Shown: positions 1 through 19,902, numbered from the stretch's first letter. The stretch is DNA of 64,000 bases from the human T2T-CHM13v2.0 reference genome, Homo sapiens (GCF_009914755.1 NC_060926.1); one strand, 5' to 3'. The notes: generated by a model not told the origin, from the sequence alone. Translations and numbers: made by a program.

Positions 1-245
1 CTTTATTCAATTATTTATTTATATCCTTATGAACTCACAGATATTTATTTATTCTGTGTTATCCAATACTACTACTTATTTTGTCATTCCATTTGTTCAT
101 TTTGGGTTATGAGCTTTTTTGACACGGGACGATTTTTTTTTTTTTGAGACAGAGTCTCGCTCTGTTTCCCAGGTTGGAGTGCAGTGGCGCGATCTCAGCT
201 CACTGCGACATGGGCTGGTTTTTTTTCAGCACTCTCTAATTCCTA
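1..245 (-). mobile_element. Old L1 3' fragment (L1MC-like), interrupted by a short Alu fragment
   Basis: Degenerate match to my recalled L1MC4-type 3' region (atatttatttattctgtgttatccaatactac... tttttcagcactctctaatt). Confidence 0.4.
133..206 (-). mobile_element. 5'-truncated Alu (right-arm 3' fragment)
   Basis: T-tract followed by gagacagagtctcgctctgtttcccaggttggagtgcagtggcgcgatctcagctcactgc; degenerate TSD gacacgggacga (121) / gacatgggctgg (207). Confidence 0.9.
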
Positions 246-523
246 GATTATATACTAAAAAATAAAAAAAAAATCATCTAATCTTTTAAAGTTAGAGTGA
301 CATTTTTATCACAAATGAGAAAGAGTAACTTTTTTAAAAGAAGGACATCAAGCATTTGCAAATGCTTGGTAATCTTTCCATTTCAAAATGACTTTGTTAC
401 CAAAAATTATGCAACTGTATTATCTATAAAAAGTCATATTTGTGCATTTAAATTGAGAAACAAAAGACTCTAATCTAGTCAAAATCATCCAGAGAAGGAC
501 CTAACAATAAAGGTTTGCAATGA

Positions 524-683
524 TTTTTATTTATTTATTTACATTTTAATTATTACTTTTCTTTGCAGAGATGGTGTCTCACTATGTTGTCCAGGCTATA
601 CTGGAACTCCTGTTCTCAAGCAGTCCTCCTGCCTCGGGCTCCCAAACTGCTGGAATTACAGGAGTGAGCCATCGTGCCTGGCC
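524..683 (-). mobile_element. Alu left monomer (FLAM/AluJ-like)
   Basis: agagatggtgtctcactatgttgtccaggct...tggaattacaggagtgagccatcgtgcctggcc; TSD aggttt(t)gcaRtgatttt at 511 and 685. Confidence 0.9.
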
Positions 684-2914
684 TAGGTTTTGCAGTGATT
701 TTTAAATTTGCTTCTTAAAAACACAAAAATGCAATATGTTTAACTTACTCGGTAAGCAAACCTTTTTATCATAATTACACAAGTTTTCTAAACAGATTTG
801 CACATAAAACTTTAGATAATAGATAGAAAGAAATAAAAAATAAGTGGCCTAGTTTATTAAGTAGCACGAATGAATTACTTTTTCCCTTTAGATCTTTGTG
901 CCTTTATAGAGTATCATTTTCGGTTATGACAGATGATAAAACCATGTAGAGAAATAAAATGAACTTACAACCAAATATTGGAGCCACTGTAACACAAACC
1001 ATCCAATCAATATTTTCAATTTACAGAATACATTTAATCAAATTAATCTCACTAAAACTATTGAAGAGTTTTATGTCATTAACAATGTAACAGGGATCTT
1101 TAACTCACATTTTGTACCTACCTCATGTAAGTAATATAATAAAATAGTACCTATATAATTCATAAGTAAATATGAATGTGATGAATATATTTGGTTAATC
1201 TTTTTAATTATGAAATAATCAAAAATATTGTAAAGATATACAGACATTAAAGATATACAGATACTACTAGAAAAACTACAGTTATACATATAAAATAATA
1301 TTGGTTCTTGTCCTCTCTTGTCTGCAGTAAAGGCTACTATAGGAGTTACACCTTGAAAGGAGAATTTTAAACTTTGTTCCTGTTTGGGCCCTGTGTCCCG
1401 ACAGTTGTTTCCTGGTAGTTGAGTATCTATAAATAGATGGGAGCAGGGGAACAGGGATAGTAGTCTTTTACCTGGTTTCAGAGTATGCCAATGGAAAGGG
1501 TGATTTACAATATCATTTCAGGATGATGATAGTCTCAAGAGAAGATTTGGTGGCAGCTTCTTAAATGAAACACAAATGAGTTCCTTTTCATTCTCTTTTT
1601 AAATCTGGTGGCTTAATTAGAACATCATTCCAATTTTTCAAATGATGTTGAGCATCAGTTTTATATTGTAGTGTTGTAAATATTTGTGTTTTGTTGTGGT
1701 TATTATCAGATCTTCAATAGAATTTTAGTAATAAAAGGGAAAATAAGCAATTGTAATAAGGTAAAGGACTAGAGCACTGAAAATGTGTATTAGGTTTTTA
1801 TTTTCTATAAACATTTTCAGTATCTTTCTACAAAATTAATTGTAAGAAAGTTAATTTGAAAGAAATACACTTTCTTACAAAAGCTTTCCAATCTGAGATA
1901 ATTCTAACTGTATTAAGCTAATTAAAAAGATACCCCAAACTGACTCATCTCAGTTAAGATTCAGAACATAAATGACAAAATTTCCTGCATAGACTTTCTT
2001 TTTTCCCAGAAGTTACCAACTGCAGGGAAAATATTCACATCAGAAATACCCAGATTTTACATAACACACTTCACCTTTTCCTTTTAAAATTCATCTTACC
2101 TGCTTTAAGAATTAATAAAGATGAAATATTTATATTTCAATCAGCATTTCTCTCTTCATCCCCTTTCATCTTTAATTTGGTTCTCTAGGGTGAAAAATGC
2201 TTTGAGCTATGGTATAGATCTCTGAACTTCATAGAAGACTAATATTACATCATCTTAAAGAGAAATCTACTCTAAGCATCAAAAAGCATAGAAATGTATC
2301 CTGGGAGAAAACTCCCAATATCAGACCCCAGATGGACTGAAGAATAATTCAATTAAAATTTGAGTTTTGTAGACACCTGTTACAGGATGGATGAGGCAAT
2401 GCATAGACTCTTTTACCCTCATTTGCAGGACTATCCTGAAGCAAAATAAGCAGTTAGAAGTTTGTCTTAGGTGACTTCTGATTTCCTACTTCAGTGTTTT
2501 TTTGTTTTTAGCCAATGTTGAATCATTCGCAACCCTCATTTCTCTATGGATTTTTTTTCCAAAGTAAATATTAATTAGGACCCAGTTTCTTTTAAGGTAT
2601 AGAGTTAGAACTGAACTGGAATTTATTTGGAACCCAAAGCCACCACCTCTCCTACCTATAAAATCACTGCTTTGGACATTGTACCATCAAGTTGTCATAA
2701 GAAATGGGATTAAAACTCAAAAATTGAACAACACACTGAAAGTTGTTATGCTACGAATTGCCAGATCCAAAGGTACAAACTTAAATTCTGTTTCTCAAAT
2801 TTGGGAATATGTTGTTACATTATTTTGCCTGAATAAGGCTTTGGGCAATATTTCAGAGTTCCAGGCTGTATTTGGTTTGCTCTCAAATAATATGTATGAC
2901 AGTAGATAAATTGT

Positions 2915-3128
2915 GAACACTTTGCAGTCTGACTACTCAGTTTTCATCACTGCTTTGACATTTGCTAGTTATGTGAACTTGGGCAAATTTTACTCAATCT
3001 CACCACATCTCAATTTATCTAACAAGAAAATGTGCATAAAACATATCCTCTCAAGGGTTACTAACAGAATTATTAAGTATCTTACATAAAAGGAGCACAA
3101 TGCCTGGTACATAGCAATGACCTCAAAA
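2915..3128 (+). mobile_element. MIR SINE
   Basis: MIR core ctagttatgtgaacttgggcaaattt and 3' end gcacaatgcctggtacatag. Confidence 0.75.
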
Positions 3129-4845
3129 TCATGAGTTTATATAATTTATTGATCTGTAGGCTAAGAAATTATAGACAGATGCATTGATATTAGAATTAAG
3201 AAAATGTCTTCTAACTGCTGTAACTCCAGAATTTCACCCAGCCCAGTCACTGAATCACTGACACAAAAGAGAAACTACAGCTCTTAATGGAATAAATGAA
3301 TTAAGTAATGAAATTACTTTCTTGTCCAGGTGAATTGCTTGTGGAAAACAGCAATAAAATTGTATGGTAATTTGAATGATTCCTTGGCATGAATCTATTC
3401 CAGATGTTTGAAACATATGGCTGTTCAATAAATATACTTTAAAATGCTGAAGCCTATGTTTTCCATGAGGAGTCAGGAGTCTTTCAATATGAGTATTCCA
3501 TTATTAACTCTACCTTTCAACTTCACCTGCTAAAGCCACCTATCAGGGAAAATATGAGATTGTTTTCAACTTTCATTGAATTTTATCCATCTCAACTCTG
3601 TAAAATAGACCTGGTTACATCTAAATTCTAAGAATAATTTTTATGATGCTAGTTAATAACACTTTTGTAAGACCTGCACTTTAACGTTAACTGAGCATCA
3701 GTGCCTGCAAGTATAGTGTCCTGATAGATTAAATCATCATGGTAGGTGAATATGAAAGAGTACACATTTTGGAAACCTCCTGTGTTTAATTTTTACTGTG
3801 ATTACTCAATGATCATTTTGGATGAGCTGGATGTATGCCATCCTTTTACTGAGAATAGACACATTTTTTCCAAGTTTATGACATAATTGTACTGTCATAT
3901 CCAAAAATGACATCATTGGACAACAGGCTAACTCCCTAAGGATCCCCCAATAGATGACTCAATAATAATATAAACAATTTGGCAAACATTATTTAAAAGT
4001 TACTGACTTAGGTATGCAAATCTCTAGAACAGCTTAAAGCATAGATTTATTTAGATAAACATTTTCTAACAAATAGGTAAATTTGGGCAGATAAGCTCAA
4101 GTTTAGTAGGAAATGGTGTTATTTGGACATCCTTGGAGAGCAATGGAAATTACTGTTAAAAAAAAGGAAACTACAATTACTACAATTATATGGGTGAATT
4201 CTATAATATAGACTGTTAAGATCTCAATTATTCTTAATTATTTCTGAAGACCACTGTGTCCAGAGATGCTCTTTGGGTTCAAATTTATGCAAAGTCAGAG
4301 TTCGTCCATCATTTGCACACAAACGTAAGCCTCCTGAGTTTGTTTAATAATATGCCTACCTCTCTTTTCTTTCTGTTTACTACCAATTTATATGAATATA
4401 CCCTTAATTAGAAGCCTTACATAACCACACTCCACATTCTTACCAAAAACATAATATTTAATCTCAGCTACCCACCTTTTGTAAAGTCTCAAGAGAGACA
4501 GATAATGTCAAAGAGGATTGTTCAAAATATAGGAAGTCTATTCCTTTATCTCCATTTCAAATTTTTACTTTTGGGAAAAGCCAGATTAATAATGATGCCA
4601 ATCTGCACTAAAATATCTCACCTGTTCAAATAAAATTGCTTCCTCAGCCTCTTTTTAAAAGTGAGGGATATTATAAAAAATATTGTGTTGTTTTGTTGTT
4701 ATATGCTGTAACACATCAAGTTTCAAAACCAAAAATAAATTTTGAAATGTATAAATATAAATGAAATAAATGTATATTATTTAATTTATTATATTATATA
4801 GATATATGATATATGTTATATAAATACAATATGTACTATGTGAAC

Positions 4846-5100
4846 ATCCAGGCATGGTGACTCCAAGCCTATAATCCCAGCATTTTAGGAGGCTGAAGCA
4901 GGAGGATCAACTGAAGTCAGGAGTTCAAGATTACCCTAGGCAACGTAGCAAGACTTTGTCTCTACAAAAAATTTAAAAATTAGATGGGTGTGTTTATGCA
5001 CACCTGTAGTGCTAGCTACTCAGAAGGCTGAGGTGGGAGGATCTCTTGAGCCAAGGACTTCCAGCCTGGGTAATGGAGTGAGACTCCACCTCTAAAAATA
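4846..5100 (+). mobile_element. AluJ with a deletion in the right arm
   Basis: Diverged dimeric Alu; right arm jumps from cttgagccaagga to cttccagcctggg. Confidence 0.9.
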
Positions 5101-5492
5101 AGAATGATGATAATATACTGTATAAATATAAAATGTATATATAAATATTACGTAATATTTTCTAAAAATTAAAATATAAAGTATTTAAAAACATATACCT
5201 ATATATTTACATATATTTCCTTTGTACCACTTTTATGTTTCTAACTAATGGACTCATTATATATCTCATTATATTGTTTTGTTTGATTTGGTCTTTGGCT
5301 CAGAACTAAACTGACAGCTCGTTAAGAAGAAAAAAAATCACAAATTTTTGTGCACTAATTATACCCTGAATTTATCTTATTTTCTTACATTTATCTGTAT
5401 GTCTCTATTTTTAATCTATAAAAATACACTTTTATCTGTTTAAGTATATATTTAAATATATTTAGATTAAAATATATTATATATCTACATAT

Positions 5493-5521
5493 CACACACA
5501 CACACACACACACACACACAC
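5493..5521. repeat. (CA)14 microsatellite
   Basis: Read directly. Confidence 0.97.
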
Positions 5522-5849
5522 CAGGTTACAGTAGTCTTTGCTGTAACTAGCAATCCATGATCCGGCAAGGATCGCAATGCACTTCTTTTAGATTATCTCA
5601 TGCATACATTCTCAGAGTTACCTGACCTAGTAACATTTACGATCCTCATTCCCTTTGGCTTTCATGTACCACACTTTTCAGGCTTTTCGCACTTTTCCTA
5701 ATGTCTCTTAGGTCCTCTTACAGTCTTATTTATGGGCTCTTATTTTTTTTATCAAATGAAGATATTTATTTCTTCTTTTGCCATTTGAAATATTCAAATA
5801 CAAAAACCACATCTGTTTCTATATTTCAATTATTGTCTGCTAATCATTT

Positions 5850-6716
5850 TAAACATCCCAATGTCTCAACCAGTCTCTCCTCTGTCTTTCACATTCAACT
5901 GATTACTCCCATTAAACTCTTAAAATCAGCAAGTCTAAAACTAAGCATGATCTTCCCTCTCCAAATCTGCTTATCCTTCTAAGTTCCCTATCTATGCCCA
6001 AAGCCCCTAACCAAAAAAATCATTCTTAAATCATTATTCACTTCACTATTCATATTCAACCAAGTACAAAGTTCTGACACTGCCATATGTTAAATATTGT
6101 CTAAATCTACACTGTCTTCATTTCCCTCAACAACTGCTGTCCAGGTCAATACCATCTCTTTCCAGGAATACAGTAACATTACCTAACCAGTCTTCTTGTC
6201 TACATTTAAGTCTTTTCTCAATCCATTCTAATGTCTGCAAAGTAATATGGTTCCCTATGCAAAATCCTCAAAGAACTTTTTACTTTTCTTGTGATAGCGT
6301 TAATATACCTTATCTTGGCACTCAAAGGCATGCACCAATAATCCCTTTGTGACTCTCCAGCTTTGTATTTTATCTTTTTCCTCTTAAATGCTGCAGTCCG
6401 CCCATTCTGAATTTTATTTCAGTGTCTTGAACATACGGAGCTCTCTCTTGCTTTCAGAACTTTTCATGTGCATTTCTTTGTTAAAAGTTTCTTCGATGAA
6501 CCATTTTTTCTGTAGTTCTTATGTTTCAATTTAAAAAGAAATCTTTTAACAAAGGATTATAAGTATTGAATCACTATTGTACATTTGTTTGTTAATGTAT
6601 TTCATTAGACTATAAGTTTCATAAAGACAAAGGTCATGTTTATGTTGTATATTATTTAATCCTAGCATTTACAACATCTAAAATTTGATAGGTGCTCAAT
6701 AAATATTTTTAAATGG
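5850..6716 (+). mobile_element. L2 LINE 3' part
   Basis: Typical L2 pyrimidine-rich body; ends in tagactataagtttcataaagac...taggtgctcaataaatattt. Confidence 0.8.
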
Positions 6717-7591
6717 TAGAAGAATTTAAGTTTTTTTCTCTTTTCATCCTTTGTATCATATAGTACAAATTTGCGTAAAATCTATTCAGATGCCAGCTGA
6801 AACTTGTACCTCTTCCTCTATTACATGTATTTTTTCTAATGCATATTATGCTTCTAAATTTTTGAGCATACATTTTTCTCTTTATAATACTGTGTAATTT
6901 AAGTCCTGAGTTTTGTTTTTGTTAGTTCTGTCCTTTTCTATGCCACAAAAATAAGTTCTGAGATTTGAGGAATTCTCTTCATCTATTTACTTATTATTAT
7001 TATTTTTGCAAGTAGCTGTCTATCTATATAACTGCATTTGGTGAAGAAATTTTGCCTGTGCCAACTTTTCTATATGTGGATTTGCCTTAACCTGTTCTCT
7101 ACTCTGGGGACATGTTATATTTCTAGTCTTTTTCCTAATGTTAATGCCCCATGTAGGAGACATGCTAAGCCCTAGTGCATTGAAGGAATAAGAGTGTCAT
7201 TTGGCTTTTTCTTTGATTGTGTGACAACATTGACCTTGGACTATTGGTGCACTGCTCCATTACTGAGTCATATCTACAAAAAGTGTTTAGAGTGAACTTT
7301 TCTGTCTCTTTACCATCCTGCTACCTAAAATACCCCAATCTTCAAAGTAGAGTATAAGTGAATTGCTGTCAGAGACACTGCCACATCGTTTGTAAGCCAG
7401 TTTCTATTCTCTTTCTTTAAATTTTGTCTCATTTACTGTGCCTAGTGAAATTTTTTTGTCATTTGCAAGACTACATTTAGGTTTTCTAATACAGTGGGTT
7501 TTTTTCTCTCTCTCTCTTCATTTATAACCTTATTTCAAGTGACTTTTCAGATGGATCCAAAGCAAGGAGGATAAAAAAATGTTGATGACTG

Positions 7592-7997
<406 letters not shown>

Positions 7998-8068
7998 TTA
8001 AATGTTTTCATTACTGCTTACAAGTTATTTTTTGTTTCAACTTAAGCTATTTCTCAAAGTTTTGTCAG

Positions 8069-10900
<2,832 letters not shown>

Positions 10901-11234
10901 TGCAGTCGATGTCTGAGATAATTGGTTCCTCTGCCCCACAAATCACCTTTTTAATTTGGAAATTAACACAGATAAATTAATATATTTCCATTTACTTTGC
11001 CTTTTAGATCCCTTTAAGACTATAATCTGTATCCTAAATTTATTCTTGGTCTGTAGGGAGGAGATGGCAGCAACTGTAGCAATAATTTGTTTGAAGTTTA
11101 CTAAGTGACACACACTCTGCTGGAATGTGGTGGAGACCATCATAAATAGGGCCTTGCGGTCAGTGTACAGCCTCCAGTAGGAAATAGACATTAGGTAAAT
11201 AAACACAAACGTATATGTAAATGCTAGCAAGATT

Positions 11235-11860
11235 TAGCCATTTATGCAAAAGATACGTATTGAGCACCTAACTTATGCCAGACACTTTTCCAATCATTTG
11301 GGATAGAGTAGTAAACCAACTAAATTTAAAATCTCTGCTATCACAAACCTTTTATTTAAATAGAGCTTATACAGTAAAGCAAAGTTAAAAGAACAAGAGT
11401 ATAGTGATATGCAATAACTAGGGACAGTGGCCTTGCCATTTCCTGGTGACAGGAAAGGCGACTGTGAGCAATTGGCATTTGAATTGGGATCTGAAACATG
11501 AGCCCATGTTATTAGATGAGAGCAAGATTACATGAAGCTGTGTGTGGAATAGGGGTTACAGCTTCCAAAAAAAAAGAAACAGAATGGTTGGAGGCCTTGT
11601 AGTAGATGGTAACATGAAAAGGGCCAAGAAACAGATAGAGGCCACTGGGGCTAGAATGCACTGAAAGGCGCACAGAGAGAAAAGAGAATGCTAAAGAGCT
11701 TTGATTGAGTCAAATATTGCTGGGCTTTGTGGCTATGTTAAGGATGTGAGCCTTTATTCTATGAACATTCAGAAATTATTTAAAAACTTCAAGTAAGTAA
11801 GCAAACAACATGATTATTTTTAAAATAAAGCACTCTGCCCACAGTGGAGGGGAGTGATCT
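11235..11860 (-). mobile_element. L2 LINE fragment
   Basis: cattt...gtattgagcacctaacttatgccagacact (antisense L2 3' end) followed by purine-rich L2 body. Confidence 0.7.
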
Positions 11861-12180
11861 AAAAAGTAAAGTATGCAAGCTCATATAATAGGAGGAAATA
11901 AAAAAATGGAGTCTTTAGGTTGTTTTGTCTTTTAGATTTCCATTTTGTATACTTTTAAAATAATAAATCAATAGTCATATATTGCTGTATTACTCATAAA
12001 CAGTTTTCTATATGGGTTAATGGTCAAAACAGTATGTAGATATTTGTGTAGAGAGAGAAAAATCACTTAAGCAGTTATTTCATTAGATACATAAGGAGTC
12101 TATAGTATTTCATTTTATGTCGATGATGGTTAAAATGGAGTTGAAGGGGTGAACAAAAGAGATATTTAAAGAGAAGAGTC

Positions 12181-12500
<320 letters not shown>

Positions 12501-12624
12501 GAAGAGTCAGCGCTTATTATGGTCTAAATTAGAATGGACTGCAGTAATCTCAAAACATTTTCTAGTAGTATTACACTTCACTTTGACAATTAAAATGTAG
12601 GAGTGTTAAAATTTGCTGATTTCA

Positions 12625-14007
<1,383 letters not shown>

Positions 14008-15960
14008 AAAATTTGCTGATTTCATGGCTTTTAAATTACTCTTATACTCCTTTTGCAGTCAGCAAAGATGGGTTAAGATGAAAATAAAATGTGAAAAGCT
14101 TATAAAGTTAATGGTCGGTCACATCTTAAAAGATTTAAGAAAGTCACCTGATACTTGAGACACTAAGCACTGCTGTGTCTAAGGTATAAGTAATGACAGA
14201 GTTTAGAAGTAATAAACAGTCTTGTTTATTTCCTCACTCCACTTTTGACTTACTTTTCTTGGTGACTACCTTGAATATCTACCAGCCATTTGTGGTTACA
14301 AATATTCTAATGTTTTTCAAATTGTGTAAGAACTTCAAAATATTTATATTACCCATTTCCTTAGAATTCTTTTAAACTCTTTTCCCATTTTACATTAACA
14401 TAGTTTCTAAAAATTCCAAAAGGTAAAGAGATTTGTTTTGATTTGTAACACATACTAAGAAATTTGACTTTTTTCCAATCTACTTTAAATCATTTACACT
14501 GATTCACAATGCATTGTGTTTTAATAGATGCACAACAGATTATTGGAACCTAGAATGGAAGTAGTTGTATCCATTGATATCTGGAGCTTTATTAAAAAAT
14601 CAAATCATATTTATTATAAAGAATCTAGTTTTTATAAGATTATGCTGTTATTATAGACAAAAAGAATCCTATAAGTACTATTTGTTTTCTCCTTAGAATG
14701 TGCTTTGGAGAAAGTTAATTCACAAGGCACAAAAATAATCACGTTATTTAGAAAAACTTTATATTCATAGCCGTTAAGTTAATATCTTACTTTTTTTAAG
14801 TGTATATATTAGTTCTTTCATTCATTAATCTGATGGCTAAAACAAGCAAGATAAATAAAATATTATTTTATATAATTATATTTCTGGAAATACATCTAAT
14901 GTACTCTAGAACTTTTCCCCTATCATTCTGATGGACTGAAAACTGCCTTTTAGACAAAATAAGATTGAAACTTTTTTCATACCATTTTGTATCCATTCTT
15001 CTCACTGTAAAAATGCAACACATTGAATAATCATGTATAGGATATAATTAGGATATAATTCTTCTGAAGTACTTTCATAACCATGCTTAAAATTTATCAT
15101 AATGTATTTTCAGAATGTCACTTAATATTTGAAAAGTTTTTAAGTTATATATTTATATTTCTTATAGAAGCATAAAATCCAAGTATTAAGTTTATTTCAA
15201 CTTCCAGCTCTCTTTATGAAAATGAATATGAGCATAGATAAACTACATTTCAGTAACAGACTAGAGGTTTTTCAGCAGCCCTTTTCAAACTATTCACATT
15301 ATTTTCTGATGGCAATGACATCTCAAAAGAAGCACGATATGGTCTTTGAATACCATCAAACCTCCTTGCTGTCTTACATTCAACAATAGGTGGTAAATTT
15401 TCTTTTTATAAGAAGATGAATATATTCCAAATGCAATTGTTATAAAAGTAGCTGACATTATGAATAAAAAATGGGAGGAAGGGCATTTCTTCTGGAACTA
15501 ATATTAGGAAAGTAGACAGGCATCAGTTATTACAGAGAATAGTCAAGGATTATCTGAAAATGTTGATATAGATTGTGGTATCACTACCAGGGGCCCCTTT
15601 ATTAGCTAGTAGATGAGCCTTATGGCTTCCCAGGAATGCTGGATTAATTGAAAGAAGATGGAAAACAGTTTGCTTACAGAAACTTGGAAATTTTCTTGAG
15701 TTCCTGATGCCTGCCAGCAGTATGAGAGCAAGTAAAATAATGTCTCCAGCTCCAGTAAATGTGTAAAATTTTAAAATAATACACTATATAATATACACTT
15801 ATTTACAATGTATCTTCTTCCAGAACCCTTTCAACACATTGTTTATTATTATTTAACATAAACCTGTAACAATCTAAGAACATGCTTCTAGAAGGGAGTT
15901 CATTAAAGAGGTTGTTATTACCGCAATTTCCAGGTCAAAGATATTTGTCCTCAAGTGATA

Positions 15961-16016
15961 AAGGGTTTTCACCCACTATACTCAGGGTATATAAGGATTT
16001 TCACCCACTATATTCA
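15961..16016. repeat. Short imperfect tandem duplication (period 32)
   Basis: aagggttttcacccactatactca / aaggattttcacccactatattca. Confidence 0.9.
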
Positions 16017-17199
16017 AAAACCTGTGCCCAGATCTATTCAATTATTACTTGAAAGACCCTGTAGGCAAAGAGTGGCTTTGTGGTTTTGGACCAAGATATT
16101 GATCATATTCATTAATTATTTATCTTGATATAGCATTAATAGATATGACCTTATAAGAAACACAAAACAAAATGTTTGTGACAAATTTAAGCTCTGGAAA
16201 ACATAATTATAAAATGATAAAACTAGTCTAAGGTAAAAGAGAGTGCAGAAAGGTAAAGAGAATCAGATTCAATACCATAAAGTCAGTATTCAAAGAAAGA
16301 CACAAAAAAGTTTTAATGCTAATGTTTCAGTGAAGTGTAGGCTGCAGTCTCTTAAGCTGGGACACCAAAGTAACCAGAAAATTTCCTTTAGAAGACTACT
16401 TTTTTGACTACCTTTTTTTTTTCATTTTAACTTCAGTATTCTCATGTTCTTTATTATTGTATTACAAGCTCTTCTTTCTTACCCTTAATCTCATAGCCTA
16501 TAAAATCACCTAACATTACTAGCCTCACTGGGCCAGCTGGTACCTTGAGGAAAAATAAAGTGATTCACTAGTGAAAAAGATTAAATAAATATGCCATGTG
16601 ATATATTTAAATTGTGTGGAAAATATGGTGGTTATGCATTTTTTTGGTCCCTTGGCAATAGTAAGCAATGTGTGAATAAAATAGCATTAGCAATGTAATT
16701 TGAAAATTAAACAAAGAAAAAACTCTTCACTGTAAAAGAACTATATACAAAGTGCAAACTATACGTTTTTAAAAAGGTAGTCCATTACACTTTTTATTAA
16801 AAACAGCAAAACCACATATATAAATCTAAATACTTCTCTATGTACTGAAGGAATGTGTAAGATTCTAGCGAAATTCACCCTCTCACACATATCAATTATT
16901 CACTTTTAAACAAATGAGAAAAATGCTAACTGATTACTCTGAAGACTGAAAAACTGGCAGAATTTAGAGAGTGATAAAAACATAGGAGATGCAACTGGCA
17001 CACAGGGAGCTCCCCTTTTTTATGACTTTGCCCTGAGGACTCTGCAATTCATGGCAGAATTGCTGAATGGTTAACCTTTGATTTAAAAAAATTAACCAGC
17101 CAGTTTTTTTCTGCCCTTGAAAAACAATGAAGGACAGAGTCAAAGAAAAGTGAAGGGGAACCCCATAAACAAAATTCAAAAAATAAAATTTTCAAATTC

Positions 17200-18095
17200 A
17201 GTTAATACATTTTAGTCTAATATCTAACCAGTCCTGGAGTTCTACATGTATGAAGTAGATTGCTAACAATTTGGCGTGAGGTCTCAGAGACTTTGTCCAA
17301 GTTACAGTCCTACTAAACAGGCACTACAACATTCTTCAGAAGTATATAACAGAATCCACAGTCTCCACAACGTAATTTTCCTAATGTCCAAAATATACTC
17401 CGAAATTACTTATAGGCATAAAGCTGGGAAAATATGACCTATTCTCAGGGGAAATAAAAATTGACAAATGTCAACCTGTGGATGACCTAGCTGTTAAAAT
17501 GATCACAAAAGGACATTATAGAATTTTATTTAACTATGGTCAATTAGATCATGAGAAATATACTCATAATAAAGGAAAGAATATCTCCAAAGAAAAATCC
17601 AATATATAAAAACAAAAGCAAACATCAGTTTTAGAATTGACACATACAATATTTGAGATAAAAAGATCCACTGGAAAGACTTTACAGTAGAATGGTGAGG
17701 AAAAAAATGGTAAACAGGAACATAGATTAAGTGAAATTTTCCAATTTGAAGAACAGGGATAGAAAAAAGATTGAAAAATACTAACAGAGGCTCAGAGATC
17801 CTTAGGGCAATATCAAGAGTGTGACAGTATGAGTATGCACAGTTGGCATATGTGTGTGTATAAAATTGTATTGACATCATATAATTGACACATAATGCAA
17901 AATTTGCATATGTTCATATATATTACACTAATATCAATAATGTTTTAATACTATACATATATCATCACATATATATGGTATATAATGACAGTAAATCTCA
18001 GAAAGAGAGAAGGGAGTAAAACTGGTCATATAAAATATTTAAATAACACCAGGAAAAATCTTCCCAAATCTGGCAAGATCTAAATTTAGGAAGCT
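17200..18095 (+). mobile_element. Ancient L1M 5'/ORF1 remnant
   Basis: A-rich ORF1-like text (ttttccaatttgaagaacagggatagaaaaaagattgaaaaatactaacagaggctcagagatcc). Confidence 0.65.
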
Positions 18096-19442
18096 AAATT
18101 ATACATTCCTTAAATAAACTATACTTGGTCATAATATTGTTTGTTTTAAATTGCTAATAATTTGTTTAAGGTAATATGTGCCAATGTTCATGACAGATAC
18201 TTATCTATATTTTTATTTCTTTTCTGTCTTCACACGTTTTTGTTATCAGGGAGATTCTGGCCTCATAAAAGTGATTTTGCCCTTGTTTTCCTCCTCATCC
18301 GTGTTCTGCACTTCTGCTGAATTGGTATTATTTCTACTTTAAATGTTTTATAAGATTAGGTAGAATTTCCCATCAAAACCGGGAAATTTATGTAAACATG
18401 CATTTAAGTATAAACTCAATTTAGGTTATTCTTGTATCTATTTTAATGTAAAATTTCCCACTCCTTCTTTTGAGAATTTGTCTATTTCATAAACATTATC
18501 AAATTCATGGCCATAGAGTTGTTTGTAATACTCTCTATTTGTTTTTACTCTCTATGTGGTAGTGATATACTTAATTTCATTCCTGATATTTTTAATTTGT
18601 TTTTTCTCATTTTTAGTAAGTATGGTGAGAGGTTTATCAATTTTATTAATTTTTTCAAAGAGTCAGGTTTTATTAATTAATGCTCTTTATTTTTCTATAC
18701 TCGATTTCAATAGCTTCTACTCTTATATTTGTTATTGTCTTAATTATTCTTGCCTTGAGTTTAATTTGCTTTTGTTTCTCTAGTTTCTTAATGTGGAAGC
18801 TTAGATTAGTGAATTAAAACCAGTATTCCTCTCTTATAGAAGCCTTTAATGCTTTCCAATAATGATAACTCCACAAAATAAAGATATGTTGTATCATCAT
18901 TTTAATTCAATTTAAAATATTTTCTAATTTCCCTCATAATCTCTTCTTTGAACCAGGGGTATTTACATGTATGTTGTTTAATTTCAAATATTTGAGCACT
19001 TTCTAGATATTTTCCTATTATTTACTTTTGGTTTAATGTGCTGTAATCTGAGAAAACACAGTATAGTTTATTTTTAAGTTTTTTTAATGACCCAGAAAAA
19101 GGGCTGTTGGATGAATGCTCTACGTCAACTTAAAAAAAATCTGTATTTAGCTGTTGCTGGGTAGAATCTATGTATGTTAAATATAGTTATTCTTCATAAT
19201 GATGGGTTCTGCATCTGTGCTCAATCAATCACAGATCAAAAATATTAAAAATAACAAAAATAACAACACTACAACATAAGTAATACAAATAAAAAACAAT
19301 ACAGTATAACAATTATTTATATTGTTTCCGGCGTTATAAGTAATTTAGAGATGATTTAACATATATAGGAAGTTGTGCATAGATTTTATTTAAAAAACCA
19401 TAAAGCATTTTATTAACATACCATACCGTGCATGAGCTCCAC

Positions 19443-19585
19443 CAGCGACGTGCTGTTAAATATTGAACAACCAGTTCTCTGGGGGAAAAAAAAGTTTACA
19501 CATGTGTGTGTTTATTACAAATTTTACCGATATAATAGTTGTATAACATAATTTACAAATAATTAAAAAATCGTATTATAATTTT
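19443..19585 (-). mobile_element. MER63-like hAT-Blackjack terminal fragment
   Basis: cagcgacgtgctgttaaatattgaacaaccagttctct resembles the recalled MER63 end cagtggtgtgctggtaaatgtttaacaaccggctctcc. Confidence 0.6.
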
Positions 19586-19902
19586 ATTTAGTTATCATTA
19601 ATTTAAAAATTGATATATAATTATACATATTTATCGGGTACAGCATGATATTTTTATATATGTATACAATATGTAATGATCAAACTAGTGTACTTAGCGG
19701 ATCCATCTTCTCAAACCTTCATCATTTCTTTGTGTTGGGAGCATTCAAAATTATCTATTCTACCTATTTGAAAATATACCATAAATTATTATTAACCATG
19801 TTCACCTTACGGGGCCTATAGAACACTAGAATGTATTCCTCCTATCTAGCTGTAATTTTGTATCAATTAACCAATCTCCTCCTCTCTCCTACCCTTGCCA
19901 GC
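19586..19902 (-). mobile_element. L1MA 3' end fragment
   Basis: aattgatatataattatacatatttatcgggtacagcatgata...catttctttgtgttgggagcattcaaaatt...gaacactagaa. Confidence 0.8.
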
